Counted from the stretch's first letter, positions 1 through 9,484 are shown. The stretch: 64,000 nucleotides of DNA from Bacteroidetes bacterium GWF2_35_48 (GCA_001769125.1 MEOG01000020.1:1387-65386); one strand, 5' to 3'. Program-made: numbers and translations. Notes: generated from the letters alone by a model not told the origin.

Positions 1-675
1 TGTTATTTCAGGATTACCATAGCGACTTGTATTTGCTTTGTCGAGCAATGCCATTACCTCTACACCATATTTTCCGCACTCTAAAACCAGACCAACAAGT
101 TGATCAATTGTCAATGAATCATCAGTTGTTGCAACAAGTCCTTTTTGAATGAAAGCCCATATTTCTTTATTTTCATAACCCAGATTGTGCGCATGTTCAC
201 CATAGGCAGCAATCCCTTTGATTCCGTAAATCAGGAGTTCTCTCAGCGAGCGTACATCTTCGTTGCTTGTGCTGAGAACACCCACTGTCAGTGATTTTGT
301 GTAAATTTCTTCTTCTGTTTTTGGAATCCATGTAGCGCATTCATGAAGAGAAGAAAATTTAGCTCCTGCTTTTTCTGCTGTTTGCTTCATCATATCACGT
401 AGTTCAATCCCTTTTTTGATACGATTAAGAAAAACATTTTTGTCGAAATTAGCATTTGTAATCGTAGTAAAAAGTCCATCGAAAATGAATTTATTAACTT
501 CATCATTTTCTATTCCTTTTTCTCTTGCTGCGTTACTGAAAACAGAAACACCTCTCAGAACATACATTAACATGTCCTGCAGGTTCGCAACTTCATCATT
601 TTTTCCGCATACACCTTTGATGGTACAACCTGTACCTTTTGCCGTTTCCTGGCATTGAAAACAAAACATACTCAT
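1..675 (-). CDS. hcp: Hydroxylamine reductase / hybrid cluster protein (5' part; runs off the window start)
   Basis: Not in the ORF track. Translating the reverse strand from ATG at 675 gives MSMFCFQCQETAKGTGCTIKGVCGK, the Hcp N-terminal cubane motif. Later residues include DVRSLRELLIYGIKGIAAY and GKYGVEVMALLDKANTSRYGNPE. Confidence 0.95.
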   Translation of the reverse strand, partial: MSMFCFQCQETAKGTGCTIKGVCGKNDEVANLQDMLMYVLRGVSVFSNAAREKGIENDEVNKFIFDGLFTTITNANFDKNVFLNRIKKGIELRDMMKQTAEKAGAKFSSLHECATWIPKTEEEIYTKSLTVGVLSTSNEDVRSLRELLIYGIKGIAAYGEHAHNLGYENKEIWAFIQKGLVATTDDSLTIDQLVGLVLECGKYGVEVMALLDKANTSRYGNPEIT

Positions 676-708
676 AGTTATATAGATTTAAGATTAATAT
701 TTAATAGA

Positions 709-740
709 CTGTATCATCGCCCCATGGGGCGATGTTACAG
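709..740. repeat. REP-like palindrome (GTA-CATCGCCCCA/TGGGGCGATG-TAC family), uninterrupted copy
   Basis: CTGTATCATCGCCCCATGGGGCGATGTTACAG is a near-perfect palindrome. Its arms recur at 2691-2742. Confidence 0.8.
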
Positions 741-757
741 TTTTGAACAGAACTTTT

Positions 758-1636
758 TTACAACCGTATCCATTCCTCTTTTATTACTTCGCCCTGAACA
801 CTTACGATAATGACTTTTAGTGGTACTTTTCGCGTTGCCTGTTGTAATGCCGTTTTAGCCAATTGAAGTAACCCGCCACAGCAGGGAACTTCCATTATCA
901 TTACTGTTATTGTATTTACTTTAGCTTCGTCAATCATTCCAATTAATTTTTCCACATATACTTCCATGTTTGAATCCAGCTTGGGACAAGCAATTGCGAG
1001 TCCTTTTCCCTTTAAAAATTTTTGATGAAAATTTCCCATGGAGAAAGCTACGCAATCTGCTGCAAGGAGTAAATCTGCATTTCTAAAATACTGTGCATTT
1101 TTACTGACGAGGTGTAACTGAACCGGCCATTGCCTGAGTTCACTTTGCACTTCAGTAATCTCTTGACTTGCTTCTTTTTTGTCAAAGCTCATTTCCTGAG
1201 AACCCATGCAGCCGCAGCCTCCACCGGATTCATGCGTTTGTGGTTTTTGCATAGTATGTACTTTAAATTTAACTTCATCAAGATCGAAAGGCAAATTATT
1301 TCTGTTTTCTTCTAGCCAGTTTACAGCTTGTTTAAGGTAAGTTGTTTCGCTGTGTTCTTTCAGATGCTGCAGGTGCGCGATCATTGTGTTTTTGCCTTTG
1401 GGTATTATATCTTTAATAACCGCAATTTCATCGTAGGGAGCAGCTTCCCGTTCGATAATTTCTAAAGCTCCTTCCGGGCAATGACCTAAGCATGCGCCTA
1501 GACCGTCGCACATGAGGTCGCTAATCAGGCGTGCTTTTCCATCAATAATTTGCAATGCACCTTCGTGGCAGTTTGGAATGCAGAGACCGCATCCGTTGCA
1601 TTTTTCTTCATCTATTTGTACAATTTGACGTTTCAT
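758..1636 (-). CDS. 2x[4Fe-4S] ferredoxin-domain iron-sulfur protein (family commonly found next to hcp)
   Basis: Motifs CNGCGLCIPNC and CDGLGACLGHCP, a GCGCMGS linker, and a C-terminal QWPVQLHLV...ADCVA...IACPKLD...MEVPCCGGL domain. Confidence 0.85.
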   Translation of the reverse strand: MKRQIVQIDEEKCNGCGLCIPNCHEGALQIIDGKARLISDLMCDGLGACLGHCPEGALEIIEREAAPYDEIAVIKDIIPKGKNTMIAHLQHLKEHSETTYLKQAVNWLEENRNNLPFDLDEVKFKVHTMQKPQTHESGGGCGCMGSQEMSFDKKEASQEITEVQSELRQWPVQLHLVSKNAQYFRNADLLLAADCVAFSMGNFHQKFLKGKGLAIACPKLDSNMEVYVEKLIGMIDEAKVNTITVMIMEVPCCGGLLQLAKTALQQATRKVPLKVIIVSVQGEVIKEEWIRL

Positions 1637-1657
1637 ATTCTTTAATTTCTATTTTAA

Positions 1658-1683
1658 TATTTAGGTATTGTTTTGCTTAAATA
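1658..1683. promoter_or_regulatory. Putative Rrf2 operator, copy 1 (26-bp imperfect palindrome)
   Basis: TATTTAGGTATTGTTTTGCTTAAATA, just upstream of the Fe-S gene start. Aligns with 2108-2133 and 5149-5174. Confidence 0.5.
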
Positions 1684-2093
1684 CATTTAATTTTTTTAGC
1701 ATAATCAGAAAGTTTTGTTGCTTCAAGAAAATTTTTAAATTCAGCCGTTATTTTTTTTCCTAAGCCACCGAAAATACATTTATCCTGTGGACATATTTTA
1801 TGATCTACCGGGCATTCTGTCTGCCTTAAATCTCCTTCAATTGATTTATATATTTCGTAAAAAGTTATTTCATCAGATTTTTTCAGCAGGTTAAAACCAC
1901 CAGATGGTCCTCTGCCAGATGAAAGCATCTGATCTTTAACTAAACGCTGCAATACCTTAGATGTATGATGGCGGGATGCGCCTAATCTGTCAGCAATGTT
2001 ATTTGCATTCAGGCGAATGGGGGAGTTCAGGATCAGAATCATGCTGTGAATTGCAATGTGAGATGCTTCTGATAATGTAAAAATTTTTGCCAT
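1677..2093 (-). CDS. Rrf2-family Fe-S transcriptional regulator (paralog 1)
   Basis: Winged-HTH region SKVLQRLVKDQMLSSGRGPSGGF and three Cys (CPVDHKICPQDKC). Start re-assigned to ATG 2093 (MAKIFTLSEAS) by comparison with paralog 2. Confidence 0.9.
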   Translation of the reverse strand: MAKIFTLSEASHIAIHSMILILNSPIRLNANNIADRLGASRHHTSKVLQRLVKDQMLSSGRGPSGGFNLLKKSDEITFYEIYKSIEGDLRQTECPVDHKICPQDKCIFGGLGKKITAEFKNFLEATKLSDYAKKIKCI

Positions 2094-2107
2094 TTTATTA
2101 ATTGTAT

Positions 2108-2133
2108 TATTTCGGTAATTCAATACGCAAATA
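2108..2133. promoter_or_regulatory. Putative Rrf2 operator, copy 2, overlapping a TAnnTTTG -7 promoter box on the minus strand
   Basis: TATTTCGGTAATTCAATACGCAAATA. The minus strand reads TATATTTG at its upstream edge. Confidence 0.5.
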
Positions 2134-2250
2134 TAGAAATTAAATAATTCATCATCCAAATATTTTTCAATAAAAATTTTATTTATTTTATAAATTATTG
2201 AAATACAAGATATTAGAAAATGTAAAAAAGAAGGAAAGATAAAGAGGCAT

Positions 2251-2335
2251 GGTATAATACATCGTCCCACTTGTGCTGCGATGCATTGAGCGTAGTCGAA
2301 ATAATCGAAGTCGAAGCATGGGACGATACAGTACC
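2251..2335. repeat. REP-like palindrome carrying two nested micro-element insertions
   Basis: Arms ATCGTCCCA (2261-2269) and TGGGACGAT (2319-2327). The 49-nt centre is CTTGTGCTG[CGATGCATTGAGCGTAGTCGAAATA]ATCGAAGTCGAAGCA. Confidence 0.7.
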
Positions 2336-2337
2336 TT

Positions 2338-4719
2338 TTAATATTTAAGAGCGATTAATGTAATATCGTCTGTTTGTTCAATAGGAGAGCCTGTGTTATT
2401 TTGCCAATTAAATAGTTCGGTTTCGAAACAAATTTTTTGTTCAGCTAATGTTTTATGAGCGTTATTTTGCAGAAGCAGTTTAAAGTTTTTATGAAGATAT
2501 TTTTTGGAGGAAGGCCCTCCAAACTGGCTTTGGTAGCCATCGCTAAATAAATAAATTGTGTCGCCTTTCTGTAATTGGAATATTTGATTTGTAAAGGGGT
2601 TCATTTTTTCGTGAATTCCTATGGGTTGTTTGTCTCCCTTAACTTCGTTCAAAGTTATGGTAGATAAATCGGGGCAAATTTCCTTAATATGTAGCATCGC
2701 CCCATTTGCGCTGAGCGAAGCCGAAGCGTGGGGCGATGCTACCATTAAAGGATTATTCGCCCCTGCAAATTGAAGTTCCATCGTTTCGGTGTTTATTGCA
2801 ACAAAAGCGATATCCATACCATCTTTCACAGAGTGGTTTATTTCATAATTTCCCTTTTGATGAAGAGATTGAATGATGTGAGTTCGTAAATGATTCAACA
2901 CATCCGCAGAGGTTTGGATTTCTTTTCTTGATACAATATCATTCAGAATTGAAATTCCCATCATACTCATAAAAGCACCGGGAACGCCATGACCTGTACA
3001 ATCTCCAACAGCAAAAAGTAACATTTTTCCTTTTCTGGCAAACCAGTAAAAATCTCCGCTTACGATATCTTTCGGTTTAAAAATGACAAAAAAATCTGAG
3101 AAATAATTTTTAGGATTACTCTCTTGAGGCGAAATAACAGCTTGAATGAAATCGTTGGAAGGTATTACCGCACTTTGAATACGTTCTGCATATTTAATGC
3201 TTTCCGTAATATTTTCATTGATTAAAGAAATCTTATCTCGTTGATGCTCTATCTCGTCACGTTGAGCTGCAATTTCTTCATTCTGCTGGTTGAGCTCTTC
3301 ATTTTTCTCTTCAATTTCATGCTTTTGTTCAGCAAGAAGTTTATTCGCTTTCTTTTTTTGCATAAAGCTGTAAAAGGCAACAATTAATAAAATAAGAACC
3401 AGAATAAATCCTATACTGAAAGCTGTTTTTTGTATTTTTTGTTGTTTAATTTCGGATTTCTGTAATTCAATTTCTTTTTGTTTCTTTTCATTCTGGTATA
3501 AAGACTCCATTTCATTGAGGCTTTTTGTACTTTCAATGTTGAAAATACTATCGTTGTATTTGCTGTATAGCTTGTGGTATTTGTATGCTTCTTTATAATT
3601 ATGCAGGCTGTCATGAATTTCAGAAAGCAAAAAACAATTTGTTCTAATATCGTCTATTGAACCTGTAATTCTTGAGTAATCCATGCTTATATTAATATAA
3701 GTAAGTGCTTTGTCGTAATTTTTTAGTTTTATATAAATTCCGGCTATATTCTGGGTAACAATTGCAATCCCTTTTATATCTTCAAGCTCTTCATCAATCG
3801 CGAGTGATTTTATAAAATAATCCAGAGCTTTCTGATAATCTTTATTCTCAGAATAAATATTTCCTATATTGTTATAACAACCCGAAATTTCTCTTTTGTT
3901 TCCTGTTTGCTCCATCATTTTTTGAGAACGAATATAGTAAAGCAACGCTTTATCGGTATTTCCCTGTAGGTAATATATGTTGCCAATATTACTAAGATTT
4001 CCATAAATTCCTTTAATGTCTTGCAGCTCTTCTTTTATTTTTAATGCCTTTTCAAGATATTTCAGAGATTGTTCAAACATATTCTGCATGGCATAAATAA
4101 TACCTATGTTCGCATAACATCTTGAAATATGATTTTTATCTTTTAACTCATCGCCATATTTCAAAGATTTCAGATAGCAATCGAGCGATTCATTTAGTCT
4201 TCCCTGCTCTTTATAAATATTTGCAATACTTATATAGTAAACAGAAATTCCTTTTTCGTTTTTAATTTCCATGCTCAAACGACCTGACTTTTCATAATAT
4301 TCTAATGCAAAATTGTATTTTCCCTGATCGCTGTATATGTTTCCAATATTCAAATAACCTTGAGATTCTTTTTTTTTATTTTTTAAAGATAGATTTAATT
4401 TAAGTGCTTTCCTGTAATATTTCAGTGCAGGATGGTAATCTCCTGTTTCATAATAATAATCTCCAATCGCATTGTAGCTGTCAGAAACACCATTCATGTA
4501 ATTTATTTTTTCTGATAAATTCAACGCATTCTCAAGCATACGTTGAGCCTTGGGATTTTTATACTGAATATAGATTTCCCCAAGACGAATAAATGCACTA
4601 ATTTTTAGAGTATCGTGGTTACTGCTATTGGTAATATTCAATAGATTTTTTTCTTCATGCGTCTGCGCAAAAAGGGAGTAAGAGAAAATGACCAAAATGA
4701 CCAGAAACAGAAGCTTCAT
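2338..4719 (-). CDS. Membrane sensor phosphatase: signal peptide, TPR repeats, TM helix, coiled coil and SpoIIE/RsbU-type PP2C domain
   Basis: Repeated Y-N-I-G-x-I-Y TPR units, the TM segment AFSIGFILVLILLIVAFY, and PP2C motifs VSGDFYW, DCTGHGVPGAFMS, DGMD, FSDG and QTDDITL. Confidence 0.9.
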   Translation of the reverse strand: MKLLFLVILVIFSYSLFAQTHEEKNLLNITNSSNHDTLKISAFIRLGEIYIQYKNPKAQRMLENALNLSEKINYMNGVSDSYNAIGDYYYETGDYHPALKYYRKALKLNLSLKNKKKESQGYLNIGNIYSDQGKYNFALEYYEKSGRLSMEIKNEKGISVYYISIANIYKEQGRLNESLDCYLKSLKYGDELKDKNHISRCYANIGIIYAMQNMFEQSLKYLEKALKIKEELQDIKGIYGNLSNIGNIYYLQGNTDKALLYYIRSQKMMEQTGNKREISGCYNNIGNIYSENKDYQKALDYFIKSLAIDEELEDIKGIAIVTQNIAGIYIKLKNYDKALTYINISMDYSRITGSIDDIRTNCFLLSEIHDSLHNYKEAYKYHKLYSKYNDSIFNIESTKSLNEMESLYQNEKKQKEIELQKSEIKQQKIQKTAFSIGFILVLILLIVAFYSFMQKKKANKLLAEQKHEIEEKNEELNQQNEEIAAQRDEIEHQRDKISLINENITESIKYAERIQSAVIPSNDFIQAVISPQESNPKNYFSDFFVIFKPKDIVSGDFYWFARKGKMLLFAVGDCTGHGVPGAFMSMMGISILNDIVSRKEIQTSADVLNHLRTHIIQSLHQKGNYEINHSVKDGMDIAFVAINTETMELQFAGANNPLMVASPHASASLSANGAMLHIKEICPDLSTITLNEVKGDKQPIGIHEKMNPFTNQIFQLQKGDTIYLFSDGYQSQFGGPSSKKYLHKNFKLLLQNNAHKTLAEQKICFETELFNWQNNTGSPIEQTDDITLIALKY
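2691..2742. repeat. REP-like palindrome with a 24-nt central insert, located inside the PP2C coding sequence
   Basis: GTAGCATCGCCCCA + TTTGCGCTGAGCGAAGCCGAAGCG + TGGGGCGATGCTAC. The arms are a perfect 14-bp inverted repeat. Confidence 0.85.
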
Positions 4720-4722
4720 AAA

Positions 4723-5142
4723 TTATTTCTTTTTTTTCTTTTTTGAAATAAATTGGTCAAGTGTAGATTTAGAGAGGTATTCTTTGAATTCTTTTGTTAT
4801 TTTGCTCACAACATTTCCCATAAGGCATTTATCGAAAGGGCAAACCTGATTATCTACAGGGCAATGCGTCAGTTCGATGGGACCTTCAATGGATTCATAA
4901 ATTTTAAGCAAGGTTATTTCTGATGCTTTTTTTTTCAGGGAAAAGCCACCATAAGGGCCCCGGTTTGAGCTCAGGAAATCATCTTTAACGAGCCTTTGAA
5001 GAATTTTGGCAATATGATGTTTTGATGAGCCTGTAAGTTCTGCTATTTTTATAACATTAATTTTTTCGGATGCCTGAGCGATTAAGACCATTGAATGAAT
5101 TCCAATAGATGCTGCTTCTGATAATGTAATAAGTTTTGACAT
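4723..5142 (-). CDS. Rrf2-family Fe-S transcriptional regulator (paralog 2)
   Basis: AKILQRLVKDDFLSSNRGPYGGF and CPVDNQVCPFDKC. Clearly homologous to 1677-2093. Confidence 0.92.
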   Translation of the reverse strand: MSKLITLSEAASIGIHSMVLIAQASEKINVIKIAELTGSSKHHIAKILQRLVKDDFLSSNRGPYGGFSLKKKASEITLLKIYESIEGPIELTHCPVDNQVCPFDKCLMGNVVSKITKEFKEYLSKSTLDQFISKKKKKK

Positions 5143-5148
5143 AAAAAT

Positions 5149-5174
5149 GTATTAAGTATTTTAATGCTCAAATA
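5149..5174. promoter_or_regulatory. Putative Rrf2 operator, copy 3
   Basis: GTATTAAGTATTTTAATGCTCAAATA, immediately upstream of the ATG at 5142. Confidence 0.5.
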
Positions 5175-5310
5175 TCGGAATTTTTATTTTATGAAGTTAA
5201 AAATAGGATGATTTTTTTTGTTTCAGGTATTATAATTCCACACCTTTAATAATTTTGGTAATTCGATATTTTTAGTGGAAAATAAATAATTAACTTTATT
5301 TAAGACAAGT

Positions 5311-5410
5311 GATGCCCGGCTATTTTCAAACGGAAAACATCCTCGAGGTTTCAGCGCACCTGAAGGGTATAAACCCCGAGGGTGTTCCTATTGCATAATT
5401 AGCGGGTATT
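5311..5410. repeat. Intergenic imperfect double inverted repeat (REP/MITE-like)
   Basis: Inner arms AACATCCTCGAGGTTT and AAACCCCGAGGGTGTT. Outer degenerate arms ATGCCCGGCTA and TTAGCGGGTAT. Confidence 0.45.
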
Positions 5411-5527
5411 TAAACATTCACTAATTTTGGAGAATAACCTCTTTTACTGAAGAAAAAAGTGTGTTTGTTACCTGATTGGTATAAATCAGTTCGTTGTAAT
5501 CAAAATACATTAAGTCTTATGAAAATA

Positions 5528-7840
5528 TCATATAGTCTTTGAGACACTTGCAGGCAACTTTTCTATTGATAACAAAATATTTTCATTCGTTGCGGGGATA
5601 CAAAAATCTGGTTCAATTTTATGATTTTTAATTGAAGAAATTGCATCTTTAATTGCTAACCACACGGAAAATGCCAGCATAATAGGTGGCTCTCCAACTG
5701 CTTTGCTTTTACGAATAGCATTTGGATTTGGATATCCTTTCAGAAGTTCCACGCGAAAATCAGCAGGTATATCTTGTATTGAAGGAATTTTGTACGTATC
5801 GGGTGAATGATTGAGCAAATAACCTTTTGCATCGTACTTCATTTCCTCGGATGTAACCCAGCCCACACCTTGTATAAATGCGCCTTCTACTTGTCCTTTG
5901 TCAATATTCGGAATAATAGATTCTCCCACATCGTGCAAAATATCGGAACGCAACAATTGAACCCTGCCTGTTAAAATATCTACCTGAACTTCACTTACAG
6001 CCATTCCGAATGCAAAGTAATGAAAGGGTTTTCCTTTCCCTGTAGCTCTGTCGAAATGGATGTCAGGGGTTTTATAAAAACCTGTAGCACTCATGCTCAC
6101 TTGCTGTATGTATGCAAGAGAAACCAATTGCAGAAACGACATTTTGCGATCCGGATTTTGTGAATCGTACACTACATTATTTTCAAATACAATTGCTTTT
6201 TCGTCTGTTGGAGGGACATTATTTTTTCTCAATTCTTTTGCAGCAACAGGAATCAAGCGGTATTTCAGCTTTTCAATGGCATCTTTTACTGCCGCTCCAT
6301 TCAGGTCTGACCCAGAAGAAGCCGCTGTAGCAGATGTGTTTGGTACTTTCGATGTATTCGTTGCATTCACTTTTATCTTATCAATACTCACACCCATTTC
6401 GAGTGCTGCTATTTGTTGTATCTTTGTATTGAGTCCTTGTCCCATTTCTGAGCCGCCATGATTTACAAGAAGTGTTCCGTCAGTATAAATATTTACCAAA
6501 GCACCTGCCTGATTTAGAAATGATGAGGTAAATGAAATACCGAATTTCACAGGAGTTAACGCAATTCCTTTTTTATAAAATTCATTTTCATTATTGAATT
6601 TTTCAATATCTTTTTTTCTTTTTTCGTAAGAAGAAGAATTCATCAATTGCTCCCACAAAACATAGAGGCGGTTATTTTCTACGGTCTGTCCATAAGGTGT
6701 AGTATTGCGTTCATTGAGTCCGTAAAAATTTTTATAACGAATTTCTGCTGCATCTTTTTTAAGAATACGTGCAATTTTATCTATGATTGTTTCTACACAA
6801 GCCATCCCCTGAGGCCCACCAAAGCCACGAAATGCGACATTCGATGGCAGGTTCGTTTTCATTGCTTTACCAATGATGCGCATGTTTGGAATGAAGTACG
6901 AATTCTCAGCATGAAGCATCGCGCGTTCGAGAATGGCCATACTTAAATCGCTTGCATAACCACCATTTGCATAATGCAGCACATCTATTGCGAGAATTTT
7001 TCCATCATTATCAAATCCTGCTTTGTATTTGAACAAAAAAGGATGGCGTTTGCCTGTTATGAGCTGATCTTCGTCGCGCTGCAAACGAACTTTTACAGGT
7101 CTTTTTGTATGATGAACAAGCAGAGCAGCCCATGCTGCAAGATGATTTCCCTGTGTTTCTTTTCCTCCAAAAGCGCCACCCATTCTGCGCATTTCAACTT
7201 CAACTTCATTTTTTTGCACACCCAGAACCTCTGCAATAATTGCTTGTGTTTCCATGGGGTTTTGCGTGGAGCTGTATGCTTTGATGTCATTCCCTTCTCC
7301 GGGAACACACAAGCAGATTTGTGTTTCGAGGTACCAATGCTCCTGACCCCCTGTGATTAATTCTCCCTCAAGAATATGAGGCACATTTTTAAAAGCTTCT
7401 TCTACATTTCCACATTCAATTTTTCGCTCGGGTTGTAAAAGCATGTTTTTTTCAATTGATTCTTCAATCGTAACAACAGCAGGGAGAATTTCATACTCAA
7501 TTTTTATTACTTTTTTTGCTTCAAGCGCAGCTTCTTCACTTTCTGCAGCAATAAGAAAAACAGCCTGTCCGATACATTCCACCTTTTCAAAAGCAAGCGC
7601 CGGCTCATCGTGAAACACAGGCCCCATATTGTTGTGTCCGGGAATATCTTTATGCGATAAAATTGCATGTACACCCTTAACTTTTTTTGCTTCTTCCAAA
7701 TCAAAAGAAATAATTCGTGCATGTGCATGCGGACTGGTGTAAACAAATCCGTGCAAAAGCTGATCATTGATTTGAATATCGTCAATATAAACCGCTTCGC
7801 CGGTTACGTGGTATTTTGCGCTTTCGTGATAGGTGGTCAT
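5528..7840 (-). CDS. xdhB: Xanthine dehydrogenase molybdopterin-binding subunit
   Basis: Motifs HESAKYHVTGEAVYIDD, GGQEHWYLE, RRMGGAFGGKET, AFRGFGGPQG, TSATAASSGSDLNG and SKAVGEPP. Confidence 0.95.
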   Translation of the reverse strand: MTTYHESAKYHVTGEAVYIDDIQINDQLLHGFVYTSPHAHARIISFDLEEAKKVKGVHAILSHKDIPGHNNMGPVFHDEPALAFEKVECIGQAVFLIAAESEEAALEAKKVIKIEYEILPAVVTIEESIEKNMLLQPERKIECGNVEEAFKNVPHILEGELITGGQEHWYLETQICLCVPGEGNDIKAYSSTQNPMETQAIIAEVLGVQKNEVEVEMRRMGGAFGGKETQGNHLAAWAALLVHHTKRPVKVRLQRDEDQLITGKRHPFLFKYKAGFDNDGKILAIDVLHYANGGYASDLSMAILERAMLHAENSYFIPNMRIIGKAMKTNLPSNVAFRGFGGPQGMACVETIIDKIARILKKDAAEIRYKNFYGLNERNTTPYGQTVENNRLYVLWEQLMNSSSYEKRKKDIEKFNNENEFYKKGIALTPVKFGISFTSSFLNQAGALVNIYTDGTLLVNHGGSEMGQGLNTKIQQIAALEMGVSIDKIKVNATNTSKVPNTSATAASSGSDLNGAAVKDAIEKLKYRLIPVAAKELRKNNVPPTDEKAIVFENNVVYDSQNPDRKMSFLQLVSLAYIQQVSMSATGFYKTPDIHFDRATGKGKPFHYFAFGMAVSEVQVDILTGRVQLLRSDILHDVGESIIPNIDKGQVEGAFIQGVGWVTSEEMKYDAKGYLLNHSPDTYKIPSIQDIPADFRVELLKGYPNPNAIRKSKAVGEPPIMLAFSVWLAIKDAISSIKNHKIEPDFCIPATNENILLSIEKLPASVSKTI

Positions 7841-7926
7841 AATTGTAAAGTAAAAAATTTTGATACTATTTCTTTTTAAAAAAATACATAAGTACTAATA
7901 TTTGTCTTTCTCAATAAGGAAATATG

Positions 7927-9351
7927 TTATTTTGTTTCGCTCCAAAATTTCAGTAAAAGATTTCTTGCCATTATTTTACGGGCATCTGCACCTGAACGGG
8001 CATCTGAGATAGGTGTGAATTCTTCATCAATCAGGGTCATGGTCTGCTCCACATGCTCCCTTGTCCATTCTTTACCGAGCAAATAATTTTCTGCTTTTGC
8101 AGCACATTTTGTAAGTGCAGCCATTCCTCCGTAATATAAGGCAATCTCTTTTACAATTCCACTTTCAATCTTTAATCTGAATCCTGCGCTGACAGTAGAA
8201 ATATCCATATCTTTCCGCTTGGATACCTTATACGATTTCACAATAGTTCCTTCGGATAATTTCGGAATAATTACAGAGGTAATCAATTCGTCGTTTTTTA
8301 ATTGTGTAGTACGATACGACACTACAAATTCCCGCAGTTTTATTTCACGGCTGGAACTTGCATTTTCCACACAAACACTTGCATCGTAGGCCATCAGTAC
8401 CGGAGGCGTATCTCCAATGGGAGAAGCAGAACCGATATTTCCACCCAGCGTGGCTTTATTTCTTATCTGTTTTGAACCAAAAACACTCAGCATTTCATAC
8501 AAGGCAGGAAATATTTTTTTGCTTTTCATGCGCACATCTTCCATGCAAGCACCACTGCCAAAAATTACAGCATCAGACTTTGTTTGTATTTTCTTTAGTC
8601 CCGCAATATGAGATAGATCAAGCAGCATGGGTAAAAATTCTTTTTTCTTTGTAACACGCAGCGCAATATCTGTAGCGCCATTTATTACTAATGCATCAGG
8701 ATATTTTGCTTTAAGACTTAATGCCTTTGCTTTGGTAAAAGGAATAAAATAATTTTGTTTTCCTGTATTGAGAGAAATAGCAGTTTTCGTATTTATGCAT
8801 TCAAGCATTTTGATTATTTCAGGCTCTTCTTCAGAAAATTTATCTTTTCCCTCCAACTTGCAGGCGCGCTGGGTGGCTTCAATTATGGGTCTGTAACCGG
8901 TACAACGGCATAAATTACCTGTAAGCGCATCATTTATTTCAGCAAGCGTAGGTTTCTTGAATTGCTTGAAAACGGCAAACATGCTCATCACAAAACCGGG
9001 AGTGCAAAACCCACACTGGCTGCCATCTGTTTCTATCATTGCCTGCTGAACGGGGTGCAAATTTGTTGAATTTCCAAGGTTTTCAACTGTCAGAAGCTGC
9101 TTGCCGTGGAGCATTGGAAGAAAGATGATACAACTGTCATAAGCGCGGTATTCCAATTTTCCGTTTTTATTTTCAGCAATAACTACAGTACAAGCACCAC
9201 AATCGCCTTCGGCACAACCTTCTTTTACTCCTTTATGCCCGGACAGACTGCGAAGGTATTGAAGTACGGTTGTTGTGGGCGTATACACAGAATTTGAAAA
9301 ATCTATTTCCGTTAATTTGTTTCCTAAAAGGAATGTAATTTTTTGTGACAT
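7927..9351 (-). CDS. xdhA: Xanthine dehydrogenase small subunit (2x[2Fe-2S] + FAD)
   Basis: Motifs KEGCAEGDCGAC, GSQCGFCTPGF, GNLCRCTGY, and FAD-binding QIRNKATLGGNI. Confidence 0.95.
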   Translation of the reverse strand: MSQKITFLLGNKLTEIDFSNSVYTPTTTVLQYLRSLSGHKGVKEGCAEGDCGACTVVIAENKNGKLEYRAYDSCIIFLPMLHGKQLLTVENLGNSTNLHPVQQAMIETDGSQCGFCTPGFVMSMFAVFKQFKKPTLAEINDALTGNLCRCTGYRPIIEATQRACKLEGKDKFSEEEPEIIKMLECINTKTAISLNTGKQNYFIPFTKAKALSLKAKYPDALVINGATDIALRVTKKKEFLPMLLDLSHIAGLKKIQTKSDAVIFGSGACMEDVRMKSKKIFPALYEMLSVFGSKQIRNKATLGGNIGSASPIGDTPPVLMAYDASVCVENASSSREIKLREFVVSYRTTQLKNDELITSVIIPKLSEGTIVKSYKVSKRKDMDISTVSAGFRLKIESGIVKEIALYYGGMAALTKCAAKAENYLLGKEWTREHVEQTMTLIDEEFTPISDARSGADARKIMARNLLLKFWSETK

Positions 9352-9366
9352 AGGGTTTATTTTTGA

Positions 9367-9484
9367 CGGTATTGTAGAATCGCTCCATGGAGCGATTTTA
9401 CATTACCGTATTATATTTCTAACATCAATTAATTTCGCCAGTATGCTGACCGCAATCTCTTGTGACTTTTCAGCAATAAATTTA
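9367..9484. repeat. Direct repeat copy A: REP palindrome (9368-9407) plus a diverged duplicate of the xdhC 3' end
   Basis: Aligns without gaps to 9777-9894 (offset 410), with about 9 mismatches counted by eye. The minus strand encodes ...KSQEIAVSILAKLIDVRNIIR*. Confidence 0.9.

Noticed and set aside
416-658. Plus-strand 80-aa ORF, representative of the other short antisense ORFs in the track
   Set aside because: It is a shadow ORF opposite a well-supported gene (here hcp).
2094-2270. N-terminal extension of Rrf2 paralog 1 in the ORF track
   Set aside because: Homology with paralog 2 begins at ATG 2093. The extension covers the promoter/operator and starts inside a REP.
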